From positions 8,248,001 through 8,312,000 of the forward strand of contig CM119372.1 in assembly GCA_051294905.1 (NCBI GenBank): 64,000 bases of DNA, given 5' to 3'. Within the stretch, counting starts at the first letter, position 1. Every line of letters begins with the position of its first letter. The DNA is from Botryllus schlosseri. Lineage: Eukaryota. A program made the position numbers and the translations under genes. A model generated the notes under the pieces. That model worked only from the letters and a program-made list of their open reading frames with translations. It had not been told where the DNA came from and did no database searches. Below are positions 12,932 to 26,004 of the stretch, piece after piece.

Positions 12932-14212
12932 TATGGCAAGTTTTTGCAATTTTTGCAACTTTTCTTTTACAGCTTCCGACAGCTTACTAGATACTCAGAA
13001 TATATGTACTATAATGTTTTAAGTAGAGCCCGACCGATATTGAATTTTTGGGCCGATACCGATAAAACCGATATCTAACACCTTCACCGATAAGACCGAT
13101 ATATTCAGCCGATATTAAAAAAAGGTGGAATCTGCCTCAAAAGGTGCATTTTCAAAAATTCAGAGCATTTATTTCAACAGCTTCACAGCATGAAATAAAC
13201 TACAACATGAAATAAACAAGATAGGCTGCATCTGGACACCTTGAAAGTTAAAGATATATGAAATATAGCAATATTCTTAGTCTAGAGGTCAAGAATTATA
13301 GTTTTCTGACTTGATACCATCATGTTGTGACGTCACAAAAATATCCGATATTTTTTGACCTCCAATGGCCGATACCGATAATTCTTTCAAAGTCTAATAT
13401 CGACTCGATATTATCGGCGAACCGATAATCGGTCGGGCTCTAGTTTTAAGGTGTTTGGTGGGATTTTATAGTGCAACTTTTTGCAACTTTTCTCTGTTTT
13501 TCATGCCAACTTTTACTGCAACTTTGATCAATTATTGCGTAAAATATAAAGGATTGACTTAAAACATGCTATAAACTATTTCTAGTATGGTTCTATTCTC
13601 TTTGATTTGCATAACAAAGAGCTATATGATGGGTTAGCTGCATCTCAATGTTATCTATTACACAATGGCTTGCAAGCAAGAAGTGTAACTACCCTTGCCA
13701 AGCACGACCGTGCCCGAACAATATGTAGAGAGTCGCTTTATCAATTCTGTCCTTCAAATTTGAGACAGTATCCCATTTCATGAACGCCCAGGTGAGACCG
13801 CCGAAAATAACATTTTCACTGGGTCACCTTTTTCAGGCTATTGATTCTGTTAAAGTCGCCGATCTAGGGGGGGGGGGTCTGGGGTGTTTCATTTGACTTG
13901 TTTTTTGGGGAGAGGGGGTTATCACAATGCTGTTTGGCGTTTGGTGTGAAAATTTCTCCCGCATTGCCTAATTTTCTTGCTATATGCCGGAAAAAAATTG
14001 TAATTTTTAGCGGTTTCGCCAGACCGTCCATTAAATGGCGAAGTAACAAATTTGACAGGTCTGCAAGAACTAGGTTATACAACGGATCCTTTAGAAGATT
14101 ATCTCACATCCTAATAATTCAACAAAAATTATAAATGCAACTTTTTACTGCAACTTTTGTTAAAATTAAGTGCAAATTTCTCGCGATTTGAGTGCAACAA
14201 AAACTTGCCCTA
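12932..14212. mobile_element. hAT-type MITE (TA[T/G]GGCAAGTTTTTG TIR, TGCAACT subterminal repeats)
   Basis: Perfect TSD GTCATCAT (12924-12931, 14213-14220); hosts the nested element at 13024-13442. Confidence 0.88.
13024..13442. mobile_element. Nested hAT-type MITE (TAGAGCCCGACCGAT TIR, CCGATA repeats)
   Basis: 15-bp TIR; perfect TSD GTTTTAAG (13016-13023, 13443-13450). Confidence 0.92.
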
Positions 14213-14293
14213 GTCATCATTATTAAAATTAGCGAATCTGACTCATCCTACTCTGAGACGTAGGCCTAGTTATTTATAATCCAGAAACCAGTA

Positions 14294-14382
14294 ATGTGCC
14301 ACTCGCAGGGTAATTTCATCATCAGCCATGGCCTACTACTACTAGGCCATGCATCAGCACAACCTTGTTGGCCAATTGTACG
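14294..14382 (+). CDS. Candidate signal-peptide exon of a stand-alone CysD gene
   Basis: MCHSQGNFIISHGLLLLGHASA-QPCWPIV with an A-x-A cleavage pattern. Donor CG|GTTCGA (phase 2) joins in frame to the second acceptor of the tandem CAGGTAG, giving an exon start at 17784. The hydrophobic stretch is short, so support is weak. Confidence 0.3.
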
Positions 14383-14413
14383 GTTCGAAAATAATGATCG
14401 CTATGTATTACGC

Positions 14414-15116
14414 CAGGGCTCGCCAACCGTGGCCCGCGAGAAGGTTTTGAGTGACCCGCGAGGTAATTTCCGAAATTAGTAGTATTATCAAAAATGGATT
14501 GCACAGATTGGGAACTTGCAAGACCAACCAAAAATTTGATTAGTCTGGCCGCAACACTTTAGATGTGATAACTCAAATATCAGTTCCGACGCATTGGCAG
14601 ATCCACGAGCCAGTCACATTTTGGTAGATCTTCGTACACTACAATAAAGCGGAATAATTTGCGATAGCTTTATCAAAAGTAAAAATTTTCTACACGCTTC
14701 GCGCAACATGTTGTCACTCGATTTCTTGCTTTTAATATTGCTACCCCTTTGTGAAAATGAAAGAACGCCTAATGTATCAGATTGAAACTAACTATATTCG
14801 CGATTACGAAACAAAGTGTCATTCAACATTTGCGACCTTGCGTTTGCGCTCGCAGAAAGACCGTCGACTATGAAACCTACGCACAAAAGGATTGACGCAT
14901 GTTGGTCGAAGATTTCGATAGCGATATGTCCAGACGCCGATTACCTAGTCCTTGCAAACTGAGCCCAGCGATATACAGCAGGCCCGCAATATAGTCAAGT
15001 GACAATATTATTGACCTATGAACTTCGAAAAATTTTCACGCCACGCGAGGCTAGTGGCTCGCGTAATAGTTCGTCAATCAAATGTGGCCCTTTGGCTGAA
15101 AAGGTTGGCCGCCCTG
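14414..15116. mobile_element. hAT (Charlie/Buster-like) MITE
   Basis: CAGGGCTCGCCAACC...GGTTGGCCGCCCTG; perfect TSD TATTACGC; same family as 16119-16834 and 57495-59049. Confidence 0.88.
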
Positions 15117-16118
15117 TATTACGCGAAATGGGAGAGAGGATAAAAACGTGATTTCGTTGCACATGTTGATATGACGAGCTATGAATCGGATGAGGAAATA
15201 CTCGTTCTTTCGTGATAGTTCAGGCCGCGAAATGGAACAGTGTTATTGAGTATGCAATTATGCATGCTAATTGGAATTCATTACTACGCATGATCGTCAT
15301 TCACTCCAGTAAGGATTTTCGAGCGTAAATAGGGGATGGCAGAAGAGTAGCCCAAAACGCCGTTACATTCAGCAAACAATTGTCGCGCTGCGAGCTACTC
15401 AATGCGATGTCAGGACCCCATGGTATTTTATGTTGGAGACAAATTACTGATTTGATACGCGATTTCCAATTTGTAATCATCTGTTTCGTAAATTCATTCT
15501 TGATGTCTGCTTGATACTCTAGTATTCCCGGATTATCGCGCACTATATGAGTTGTAAATGTGCAATGTGCATACTGCATAGTTCAATTCGTTATGGGTAT
15601 GGCGCAATGTGCATGGCACAGTGTTTAATTCGATTATTCGATTCGTTTCAACGGGAAAATATTATATTCCGATAAATTTGATCGATACCGGATGGACTGG
15701 TAACTAGTGAATAACTATCGAACGTCAAACCATTGGCCATTTGGTACAAATCGAATTTCTATTGATCACGTCGTGATATCCACCAATATTGCTCTTAGGC
15801 TACTACAGTTACAGTGGAATAATAATCTCACATTTAAGGATTGAATTGAGCGGTATGGCTTCATGTTAACGAGTACAGTGCCAGTGTTAAAACGCCGCAT
15901 CGGAATTTTAATGCTGTACACAGCAATGGCACGCAGGAAAGTGCGATCTAGTGCAACTATGATGTTATCGACAATTGACAAGTATTCATGATGACGTCAC
16001 AAGCCGGCACGGCGGCACTTATGTCTTTGTTGCTGCATCCGATGTTACTGACGGCTGACAGACTCTAGATTACTATAGATAACTAACCTACGGGTAAATT
16101 AGTAATCTATATATGGAC

Positions 16119-16834
16119 CAGGGGTGGCCAATCCTTTCGGCTAAAGGGCCACATGATATTGACGAACGAGTGCGCTGCCCACTAGCCGCGCCAGGCGCGT
16201 AAAATTTTCAAATGTAATATTATTATTACTTGGGTATATTGCGGGTCGACTGTATACCGCCCGCAGGGCTCAGTTTGCAAGGACAGGACTATTCGGTATC
16301 TGGACATATCGATATCGAAGATTTCCGCTATTATAAGAAAATCATTTTGTGCCTACATTTCATCGTCGACGATCTTTCTGCGAGCGCAAACGCGAGAAGA
16401 CTTTCTCTCATAATTGCGAATATACATACACTCTATCGGCTAAATCATACGTTTTTTCATTTTCAGGTGGGGGTAGGCTACAAAGCCAGAAATCGTGTGA
16501 CAATTAAACACGCGAAGCGTGAAGAAAAATTTTACTACTATTTTAGTTTATTGTAATGTACGGCGATTTACTAAAAATGTGACTGGACCCTGGATCTGCC
16601 AATGCGTCGGAACTGATATTTAAGTCATCAACATCCCAAGTGTCGCGTCTAGACTAATCACATTTTTGGTTGGCCTTGCAAGTTCACAATCTGAGCAATT
16701 TAATTTCGATAATATAACAGAATTTCGATAATATAATGGGAAGTTAGCTCGCGGGCTACACAAAACCTTCTCGCGGGTCACATATGGGGCCGCGGGTCAC
16801 ATATGGCCCGCAGGCCGCGGGTTGTCCCCTCCTG
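16119..16834. mobile_element. hAT MITE, inverted sibling of 14414-15116
   Basis: CAGGGGTGGCCAAT...GTTGTCCCCTCCTG; flanks ATATGGAC/ATATAGAT; internal similarity to 57957-58808. Confidence 0.8.
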
Positions 16835-17057
16835 ATATAGATAGACACCTTCGATAGTATTCAGAGCCGGAGCCGGAGCTGGAGCCGGAGCAGTGGTAAT
16901 AATGCGGCTCCGGATCTGGAGCCGGAGCTAATGTATGATAGAAGAAAGCACCGGAGCCGGGGCTGGAGCAATGCAAATTTACGGCTGCTCCAAAGCCCTG
17001 TGTGCCAGGACAATGGTCATCGAAAGCTCAAATTGGCGTTCAGAGAGTCAAACCATA

Positions 17058-17708
17058 GTGTCCTATATGGTGTGAGCACAGTCAAATCTCACGGCTCAGT
17101 GAAATTGGTCTACGTCACAGTTTCCATTTGGTCAAAGACAAGTTGACAGTAATTTTTCACCGGATCACCGAGCATTAAATTTGATTAAACGGGTAACATC
17201 GAAAGCTACAGTGGTACTGATTGCGAAAATATAAAATTTATTCTGCTCGTGGTCCTGGAACCCCCAAAATCAGCCTCGAATGTTTCAATGTAACGGAGTT
17301 TGGTATTGTGACGCAACCATGTCGTCTGGGAGCAGGTGCAGCGCAAACCACAAGCGTATTGGCCATTGTTGCGCAACCGATTGGACACTTGGACAGCCAC
17401 ACTATCACTCTCGTGCGCACTTGCTCCTGAGCTGCTCACACAGCATGACTGCGTCACAATACCAAACTCCGTTACAATGCCACATTCGGGGCTGATTTTG
17501 GGGGGTCCAGGACCCCGGGCAGAATCAAATTTACATTTTCGGAATCAGTACCATGGTTGCTTTCGATGGATGCCCGTTTAATTAAATTTAATGCTCGGAA
17601 AGCCGGTCAAAAATTACCGTCAATTTGCCTTTGACCAAATGGAAAGTGTGATGTAGATCAATTTCACTGAGCCGTGAGATTTGCTTGTGTCCACACCATA
17701 TAGGACAC
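17058..17708. mobile_element. Foldback/palindromic MITE with arms of about 290 bp, TA-flanked
   Basis: TA|GTGTCCTATATGGTGTG...CACACCATATAGGACAC|TA; 17058-17345 is the diverged reverse complement of about 17412-17708. Confidence 0.88.
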
Positions 17709-17779
17709 TATCATCAAACGGTCTGATCTACTTGCAACGTTGCTTTTTCCACCTAAGACAAATTCATATCATGACGCAG

Positions 17780-19566
17780 GTAGATTGGGCAGATGCCTAG
17801 CCGGGAGCTACTGGACAAAGTTTTACAACCTGGATTCACCAGAGGGATTGGGGGATCTGGAAACTCTTGAAAGTTTACGAAATGCTTATCGGTTTGCGGA
17901 GATTTGTCAACATCCGGTCGCAGTTCATGCTCGGATAGCCAAGGGTTCCTCGGGAGATCACGTGCTCATGTCATTGGACGATGGGTTGCGCTGCTTCAAC
18001 AATATGCAGTCGGGAAAACTATGCTCGGATTACGAAGTTCGATTCTGCTGCAGAGGTATGTTTTTCTTCGACTAATCTTAACTTCGACCCGCGACCTTCT
18101 TAGAAGCCACGAGAACAATTGGAAATGAAGTTACATGTTATCAAGTGTCTATAGAAAATGAAGGCGGTGATAAAAAATTGTAGTAGGCTAGGCTACTTCG
18201 AAAGTGGGCCATAGACTGCACGCAGTTCAGAAACCGCTGCTTAACGAAAAGTCATGCATGGTTCGGATTCAAAAGCAGATTTATAAATCCCTACTGCGCC
18301 TGGTAGGCCATATATGACTAAGTGCCAAATGGAGTAGTGGGGAGGTATAGAATGTCCATGCAAGCGTATATATAATCTTGCAATAATATGCGACGGCAAG
18401 TGTAAAGAGATTTTACCAGTTTTCAGACCTTGGACATGACTGTGTCAAGTGACGAAAAATCCTAGAATAATTGAGAAATCGCCATGGTTTTATAGCCATA
18501 ATAGTAAAACATCGTGATATATTAATTACATATCGCATTCATCCAGCCCTCGGGATAACTCCGAGAGTCAATGAATAAAACATTACAACCATTCCAGCAA
18601 TGACGTGAGGAAATGTCGTTGAATTGTAAGAAATTATCGCCACGAAAATCCGATGGCGCTGTCGGTACTTAGTCTAGGTGACAGTACGGGGTGCGGAACT
18701 TGATTTTTAAAAATACGAACCCGTCTGACAGCTTGAATTTATGAGGAACAATCAATCCGCCCGAATCCAAAGAAATTTCTTCCAAAAACCCGTGTCCAAT
18801 AAAGACTGAGGCTAGTGTTGGCTGATTTATATTTGTTCGGAACCTTGACATAACAATTTTACACTTCTAGCAGTCCTATCACGAGCTGTCCACTGTCCCA
18901 GTGTCCGTGTTCGTTTTTCGAGCAGATGATTTTTTGTGGTCTGCAATGAAAACTTCTGGTTGCAACTAACCGAAAATGTCCGAAATAAGATTTGAGAAGT
19001 AATCCATATTCAGTATATGATCGGACTGTACAAAGTTTTAAGAAATCCAGTTTGAATCTGAATGATGTCCATCTCTGCTATGCTAGATGAGACTGGAGAC
19101 CTATAATTGAGAACCTACACAGCTTTTACCTTTAACAACCTGGAAAGAGCTCTCTAAAACAATAGGAACATATACTTTCTCCAGAATGACGCCCGAGTCT
19201 GTTGTTAACAATTCAAATGTACAGTACATTATAACACAGTTCAATACCAGTTTTAAATGTTTTACAGAGGTAGTCCCGGAATGTAGCGACGGCTATGCAT
19301 GGACACCGTGGTTAGACAGGGATCGTCCGAAGCGTGGCGAAGACGAATCTCTTGCGAAGCATCTTTCCGATGGCAACGCCTGCGACGAACCGACTAATAT
19401 TCGAGCGCGAATAAGGAACTCGAAGCATTGGTACTGGAAGGGAAACAATGTACTCGACATATCCCCTTCGCACGGATTGACGTGCAAAAGAAGGGACCAG
19501 TTAAAGCTTATCATGTGCAAAAACTATGAAGTCTCATTTTGTTGCCCCGACCTTTCGAATGTTTAA
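17780..19566 (+). CDS. Two exons each encoding a mucin CysD/WxxW domain (as in MUC2/MUC5AC/CILP); distal end of N1 or a separate gene
   Basis: Exon 17780-18055 (CLAGSYWTKFYNLDSPEGLGDLETL...ICQHPVAVHAR...GLRCFNNMQSGKLCSDYEVRFCC) and terminal exon 19268-19566 (CSDGYAWTPWLDRDRP...ACDEPTNIRAR...GLTCKRRDQ...CKNYEVSFCCP...*), joined in phase 1. AATAAA at 19667-19672. Confidence 0.92.
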
Positions 19567-20933
19567 AGCTACGAATCGGGAATATTGAGATATGTCTTAC
19601 CTTGATGTAGCGTGTTTTTCCCACACTTGAAACAATTTATATATCATATAAGCTCTGAATTAGGATAATAAAAATGTCACGGTGTACGGTACTGGGTATA
19701 ACGAATAGATAATGCAAAACTAAAACGAAGAGCATTTTACCACGAGGTATATGGCAATGGTGAGTAATTGAGCATGGAGTTGAACTTGAAAAAAAAAACG
19801 AAAGGTCTTCTTGAGTGACCATTCAAGCTATCCAGCATGAGGAATTTAAAAATTTGTTAGCAGTAACTGAACTATTAATCGACGCTTTTGTGCCGCATAT
19901 CTAGCCAATGGATGGATGCGTTTAAGTTCATAATGGCATGACTCTTTACTGCGCTATAGTGGTAGCTGTTGAAGCAGCGAACAGCAAAGGTTCAATGCAG
20001 CTTTATCATATGAATATTTTGACGATAACCCGTACCAATTGATTCAATCTAGGAATGCAAGAGGAACCCAAAAGAAAGAACGCGTAAAAGAAAATTTCTG
20101 ATCTTAATTTAATGCGGCACATGCAGCCGATCGCACGAGCTTTCAAGTTCTTCGATGTTCCCTTAAACCAGTGGCTCTTACTCAAACCTGCGGAACTCTT
20201 ACGCTAATCTGCAAGCCTTCGCGGAACGAAAATATTCTCTGAATCATAAAAACAGAAGTCGGTCACACAATACACATCTAGTAGCCGACATTGTTGTAGA
20301 TTATTGGTGCACAAAATGAACGAAGCATTAAAGAGTGTTAAAAGAAAACAAACATTAAAATATAATTTTTCACACAAAACGAAAACATAATGAATATATA
20401 TTGCAAATCGGCGTGACTTCTCCTGTTCCCTTCAGATAACAGTTCGGAAATGTTAGGCTTCACCTTGGAAAGTGTTATCTTATTGTTCGGTCGAAACGGA
20501 TCAGCGTGATACCAATGGTCCTAATTACAAATGAGCTTATAAATATCGGAGGAGAATTGGTATTTCAGAAGAGCGGGTCTCGAATTCGTACCCCAACCTT
20601 CTCTTCACTCGCGGCTCGTCACTGCCCACGGCGTACCACCACACTCGTCACAATTTTGGGCCTAATTACCTACTACCAATAATGGCCAAGAGCAGCGCTT
20701 TTAAACCTTTTTGAGCACCATTTGCAATTTTTTGACGAAAAAAAAATTCATTCGCATAAACCAACCGAAAATTGTTATACACAAGCAAAATGAAGATACT
20801 AATCAATATTTTGTTCGGATGTTCAACAAGTAGGCTACCGGTTTATAAGAACCATCCAATACTCCTTCTATCCTAAATACACCGAATTTTCCAAGAGTGG
20901 CAAATGCTTTCTTGCAGATACAAAGGATTAGTG

Positions 20934-21680
20934 CAGTGGTTCTCAACCGGGGGCCGCTTATCCGTAGGGGTCCGTGAAGCAATTTCAGGGGGTCCGCGAA
21001 GTCTCTAAATTTGAAAAATGATTGATAACGTAATTTGTATGTTTTTTTTTAAATTATAGGGAAATCACGATGCAATTTTGTTTCACACCTGCTAAAACTT
21101 CAAGACCCACATCAACAGCATGGCCGTCTGAGATGACACATCCTACTTTGCTAACTCATTTTAATTGCCAAAGTCTCAATAGCTTACTGGTACAAACATA
21201 TTGTCGTTTAGAGGTGTTTTGATGGAGTTTGTGGAAATAATAACAAGTGTGAGTAGTAGGGTCAATCAAGGTGACTTCGAAAGGTTTTCAAATCATCTTG
21301 GATTTGAAGTCCCCAGTCTCAGCAAATTAGTGAACAGTAGTTTGAAATAGAAATTCCTGAAGTTTTTTCCTAACATATCCCAGTAACAGGATTGAAACCT
21401 CCTCACGGAATCTATTTTCATCTGTAATATGCATTACCACTCTTACAGCGGATTTCCAAGACACGACTACATACTGATACCGAATTTCTACACATAGCAT
21501 GATGTTATTTCCACGAATAGTAATTATCTTGCTGTTCATTACTAGCCTATAGTTAATATTTGTACAAGACAGATTGCGGTTAGATGATAATTGAGCTAAA
21601 TTTGAGTGAAACTTGAGGGGGTTCGTGGCGGTCCATGACGGTGTAAAAGGGGTGCGCGAAGGCAAAAAGGTCGAGAAGGT
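20934..21680. mobile_element. hAT-type MITE (CAGTGGTTCTCAAC family), degraded right end
   Basis: Left end matches the reverse complement of the right end of 62874-63663; GGGGTCCGCGAA subterminal repeats. Confidence 0.6.
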
Positions 21681-21905
21681 CGAAGTTTTAGTGGCATATC
21701 GCGACCCAAGCCTCACACATCAAAAAGAATGGATTTTTTACATTATTATGCTACGATTTTACGGGCATGTATGACATAGAGAACGCCCAGACAACAACCG
21801 TACGCAACACAGCTCAGCGAAGCATGTTTGACGCACGCGATTTGAAATTGGGGGAATTATCTTCCTCTGAGCGTCGCATTTGTACTACTACTATACTGTC
21901 TACTC

Positions 21906-23122
21906 CAGGGGTTCTCAAAGGGTGGGCCACAGGAGTAATTTGAAATGGGCCACAGAGCTATTTGGAAAATTGAAGAGATAGTGAATGTTTAGTTACATTT
22001 TTATATTCATATATTCGCAAATGTATTCATATTATCGAATTATACGTAAGCTAAACTTCAAGCTTTTCATCCGACTCTGATGAGATGTATACTGCTGGTG
22101 GCACGTATGGAGTCACAATGTGGAAATCGAAAATGGGAGGGGAAACGGCGGCTGTTGTCCCCGCCTATGACAATCTACGTCCAACAGCAACGACAATAAT
22201 ATCGGTTATAGAATAACTGGAAGTTAATGCTGAAGTAACCAAGGATTCCTGCAGTGACATACGTCGTATGCCTTTTGAAATGGTACTCTGACTGAGATAT
22301 AGGCTACTTGATGTAGATCTATGGTAGGCCCAATTCGTCAGTTCGTATTATTGTAACATGAAAATAGCCACAATTGCAATTGATTATCATTTATAAACTT
22401 CCTATGGAATTATATACTGTTCCACCGCAACGAATCATAAAGGATTGAGGATTTAGTACAGCACATTTATCTTTGAAGTCGGTCTAAAAATGTCCGGCCT
22501 TCAAGTCATTGTACATGATGTAAGAGGTGCATGAATTATTGTATCATTGGATTTATTGTTCTCACATTGTAACTTCAATAGGTAGGCCTACAAGACACAC
22601 TATGTAGGCTACATTCTAGCTAGCATATAAAAATTCTGTTGTATCCCATTCACCAAAGAATTGTTTGAAGCGGGCCCAGAATGATAATAATATTCCCCAC
22701 CATAGTGAAACTAGAACCCCAATCGCACAGTGGACGGGGGTATTGGATCATTGGGTCTCACGACTTGATTGGAACAGCGGAAGTTGACCTACACAAGAGT
22801 TGTATACGATCCGCGAGGCCCGTAACTGTCGCACCCCAAACCCCCAATCGACGGGAGCTCGAAGGGGCCCAAAATTATTTCGTTGGTTGTTTGTAGGCGG
22901 ATATTTATTGAACTTGGAAATTTTCGTCGCGCTTCACTCGATTTCACGTCCCGTAAAGCCTATATCTAAATCTGATTAGTAGGAGATTTGTAGATTTTAG
23001 ACAAACAAATATAGCGACGGCACCGATAGCTACAAATTGTACAGAATATGACTCTAGGTGAGCCACAGAGCATTTTCAAACCCGAAAAGGGGCCACGGCC
23101 AAAATAAGGTTGAGAACCCCTG
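21906..23122. mobile_element. hAT (Charlie/Buster-like) MITE
   Basis: CAGGGGTTCTCAA...TTGAGAACCCCTG; perfect TSD GTCTACTC. Confidence 0.92.
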
Positions 23123-23162
23123 GTCTACTCAGACTGCGAGGAAGGGACTATTCCGTGGCGAC

Positions 23163-24907
23163 CAGGGCTGTGGAGTCGGCAAATTTTTGCACCGACTCCG
23201 ACTCCGACTATTTTCTTCACAGAACTGCGACTTCGACTCCGGCTCCAACTGTGTTACAAATTTACTTAAATATATGCCACAGTGACGGTTGAATGACTTT
23301 CATATAACCATTAAACATATGCAAACATATTGCTGACGATGGCATGAAAAATTGTTTCATTGTGGCACATCTCGAAATATGCGCAGTCATTCAAACTTGA
23401 TATATATCGCGACCTGTAAAATTAAAATGTGGATAATACATTAGAAGTGTAGCTATAGGCAGGACCGAAACAACACTTCGTCACCCCACAAAAACATTGA
23501 TGATCTTAGGCCCCCATATACTTTTGCCTACCACTTATCAGCGAGATTTGTTGTACTGCTCAGTGAGACACCTTCTATCGTCTAACCGCGCAAAGCGCGA
23601 AAAAATTCTATAATTCATGATCGAATCGGTCAATTTTATCGGCAATTGCATATAGATTGCTATCAATATTTTATCCTCTCTCTTCTCACGTGATCTCCTG
23701 TCTGCTATGTCAAAAGCTATTGAAATAGCCCAAACGTACTAAACTAAAATACGCACACGATTTCAAATTTGTATTTCTTCACTGGCAAATAATAATTTTT
23801 CTGAGCGGGATGGCATTTGTCTTGTGGGGTTTAGATTGCCAGGACACGAACTTTCGGCGCCAGCCATTTAGGCGGCTATGGACAATTAAACATATATTTA
23901 TATATATCGAAGTGTACGGTCACGGTCAGCATAAGGGCAGTCCTTTTCGGCCAAGGTTTTCTCGCTGCCGATCGTTCTGGCACACTTCCCGAAGTCGCAT
24001 GTTACATGGCCTAAAACTTCATATATCCTGGTCCGTCGTAGTGCGGTAATGGCCTATACGCCGAAATGCCCATTTTTATAAATCATGCGTATTATTTCTT
24101 GCGGGACGGGTACTCAATAATCAAGATATTTGGTAACGTTAGGGGTTTGAGGTGCGACCATTACGGTCCTGGTTCCAGGCAGTCTAGCCAGTGTATGAGT
24201 CAACAACTTATACAGAGATGTACAAATTCTCTCACAACACACTATACCGATGACAAGCACACGCTCTCTCACTACTAATAAACGGTGATCAGAAAGGAAA
24301 TTTAGGGAATAGTCAAACAGCATGTAGAATACTTGCACTCTTTCTTAAACATATGTTCGACTCAAGCGGCTGAGCTACTTACTAGAAATATTTTTGATTT
24401 TGTCAAGTGGGATGCAGCGTTTGGTTATATTTTACATCAATTTTGCAAGTGAATTTGTCACTTACAAAACCAGACGATGTATTTACTCTTTCATAATAAC
24501 ATGGTATAATTCCAAAAATTGCACCAATTTGTCACTCCATCAGTAATTTAGTGTTGATCGCGATTTGGTGGAAATTTTCTTCCTGTAATGCAATTTGCTA
24601 TAAATGTCCAATTTTATGAATATCGTTACTAATAACAGTGATTGTTGATACATACAAATCCCATTTTATTTATTATTAGTAATTTTAAGAGATGTTGGAA
24701 AGCAATTGTTTTCATATTAAAGGAGTTGGAGTCGGAGTCAGAGTCAGGAGCATTTTCACAAACTTCGACTCCGACTTCAGCCAGCAGTATCTGTTTCACG
24801 ACTCCGACTCCGACTCCAAGGCGTTCTAAAAAGAGTCACCGACTCCGCTAAGGGAAAATGAGCGAAACTCCGACTCCGATTCCACCGACTCCGACTCCAC
24901 AGCCCTG
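23163..24907. mobile_element. hAT-type non-autonomous element (CAGGGCTGTGGAGTCGG TIR, (CCGACT)n subterminal repeats)
   Basis: 17-bp perfect TIR; TSD GTGGCGAC/GTGACGAC. Confidence 0.9.
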
Positions 24908-25629
24908 GTGACGACTGCCGACCATTTCAACGACCGAGCATTTCAATATAGAAAATTGTGGCCAATCAGCGACGATCATTGTTGGCTACGGTTGTGTCGC
25001 TACCCATCTTTTTGACACCTCACTTTCCTAGCGGTATGTAGGCCAAAGCTTGACGTATTCATGTGTCTCCACGCAGAAGGAGTTGACCACGAAAATAATG
25101 TGTCTCGTAGGCCCGCACCCGTTAGTGGCACACCGCTACGCTAAAGCATCCCAACGGTCTTCGACGGTGATTTCTAGAGAAACCAGCCGGACAAATCTTG
25201 TCATGAATTCAAACCAATTTGCGTAATAGAAAGGTCGGCATATTTACATGATCAAACCATCTTTTCTGATTGTCTCGCTTATCTTATTAGTTATACGACC
25301 CATCACCGCGACTTTGGATGCGGAAACCCTTCTCCCTGAAAACCGCGCGAAGCGCTAAGAATTACATACTAACTACTAATACATATTAACTGCTCGATCT
25401 GGTGACCAAAAATTCTACCCTTGTGACCCATACTTTATAACGGGGCTTCTTGAAGCATAAGTTGCGATTCGGTTATAAATTTGGGTCGCAACCGCACTAG
25501 AGCGATCTTTTAATATCCATGTAATATTTGTTGAATATCTTGCAACATAATAATATTTCTTCGCGCTTCTCGCGTTCCATCGCGGATAGTTAGTGCATTT
25601 CCAAGGTCACTGTGTTGGGTACTAAAAAG

Positions 25630-26004
25630 CACATTTAAGTGTGACGTCATAGTGGATCGATATTCACAATTGAAAATATAGGGTAAATATAGCTCCGTTT
25701 ACGAAATAGGCTTCCAACCCCTGTCATATACGGACCAAAAATATCTTCAACTATAGGACTACATCGCCTTGCAGTATTTTTACCGTCGGTGGTCATCATC
25801 ATCAGAACATTCGTGTCGTATTGATGATCTATATCTATACGTACTATAGCCGACTATTTCGTGGGTTCCAACCATCCCACAATTATGGCATGATTTTGCA
25901 ACTAAAAAAACACAATTTTTTAACAGGCCTTTGTTTAAAACATTGTTTAAAGCATGTTTCAAACAAAGTGTTTTAAACAACCATTTGTTTTGAATGCAGC
26001 CCTA
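25630..26004. mobile_element. Partial inverted copy of the TAGGGTTGCA MITE family
   Basis: Reverse-complement match to 31112-31560; ends TGAATGCAGCCCTA. Confidence 0.75.

Noticed and set aside
17206..17581. Cluster of overlapping ORFs with mirrored peptides (CVTIPNSVT on both strands)
   Set aside because: An artefact of the palindromic MITE.
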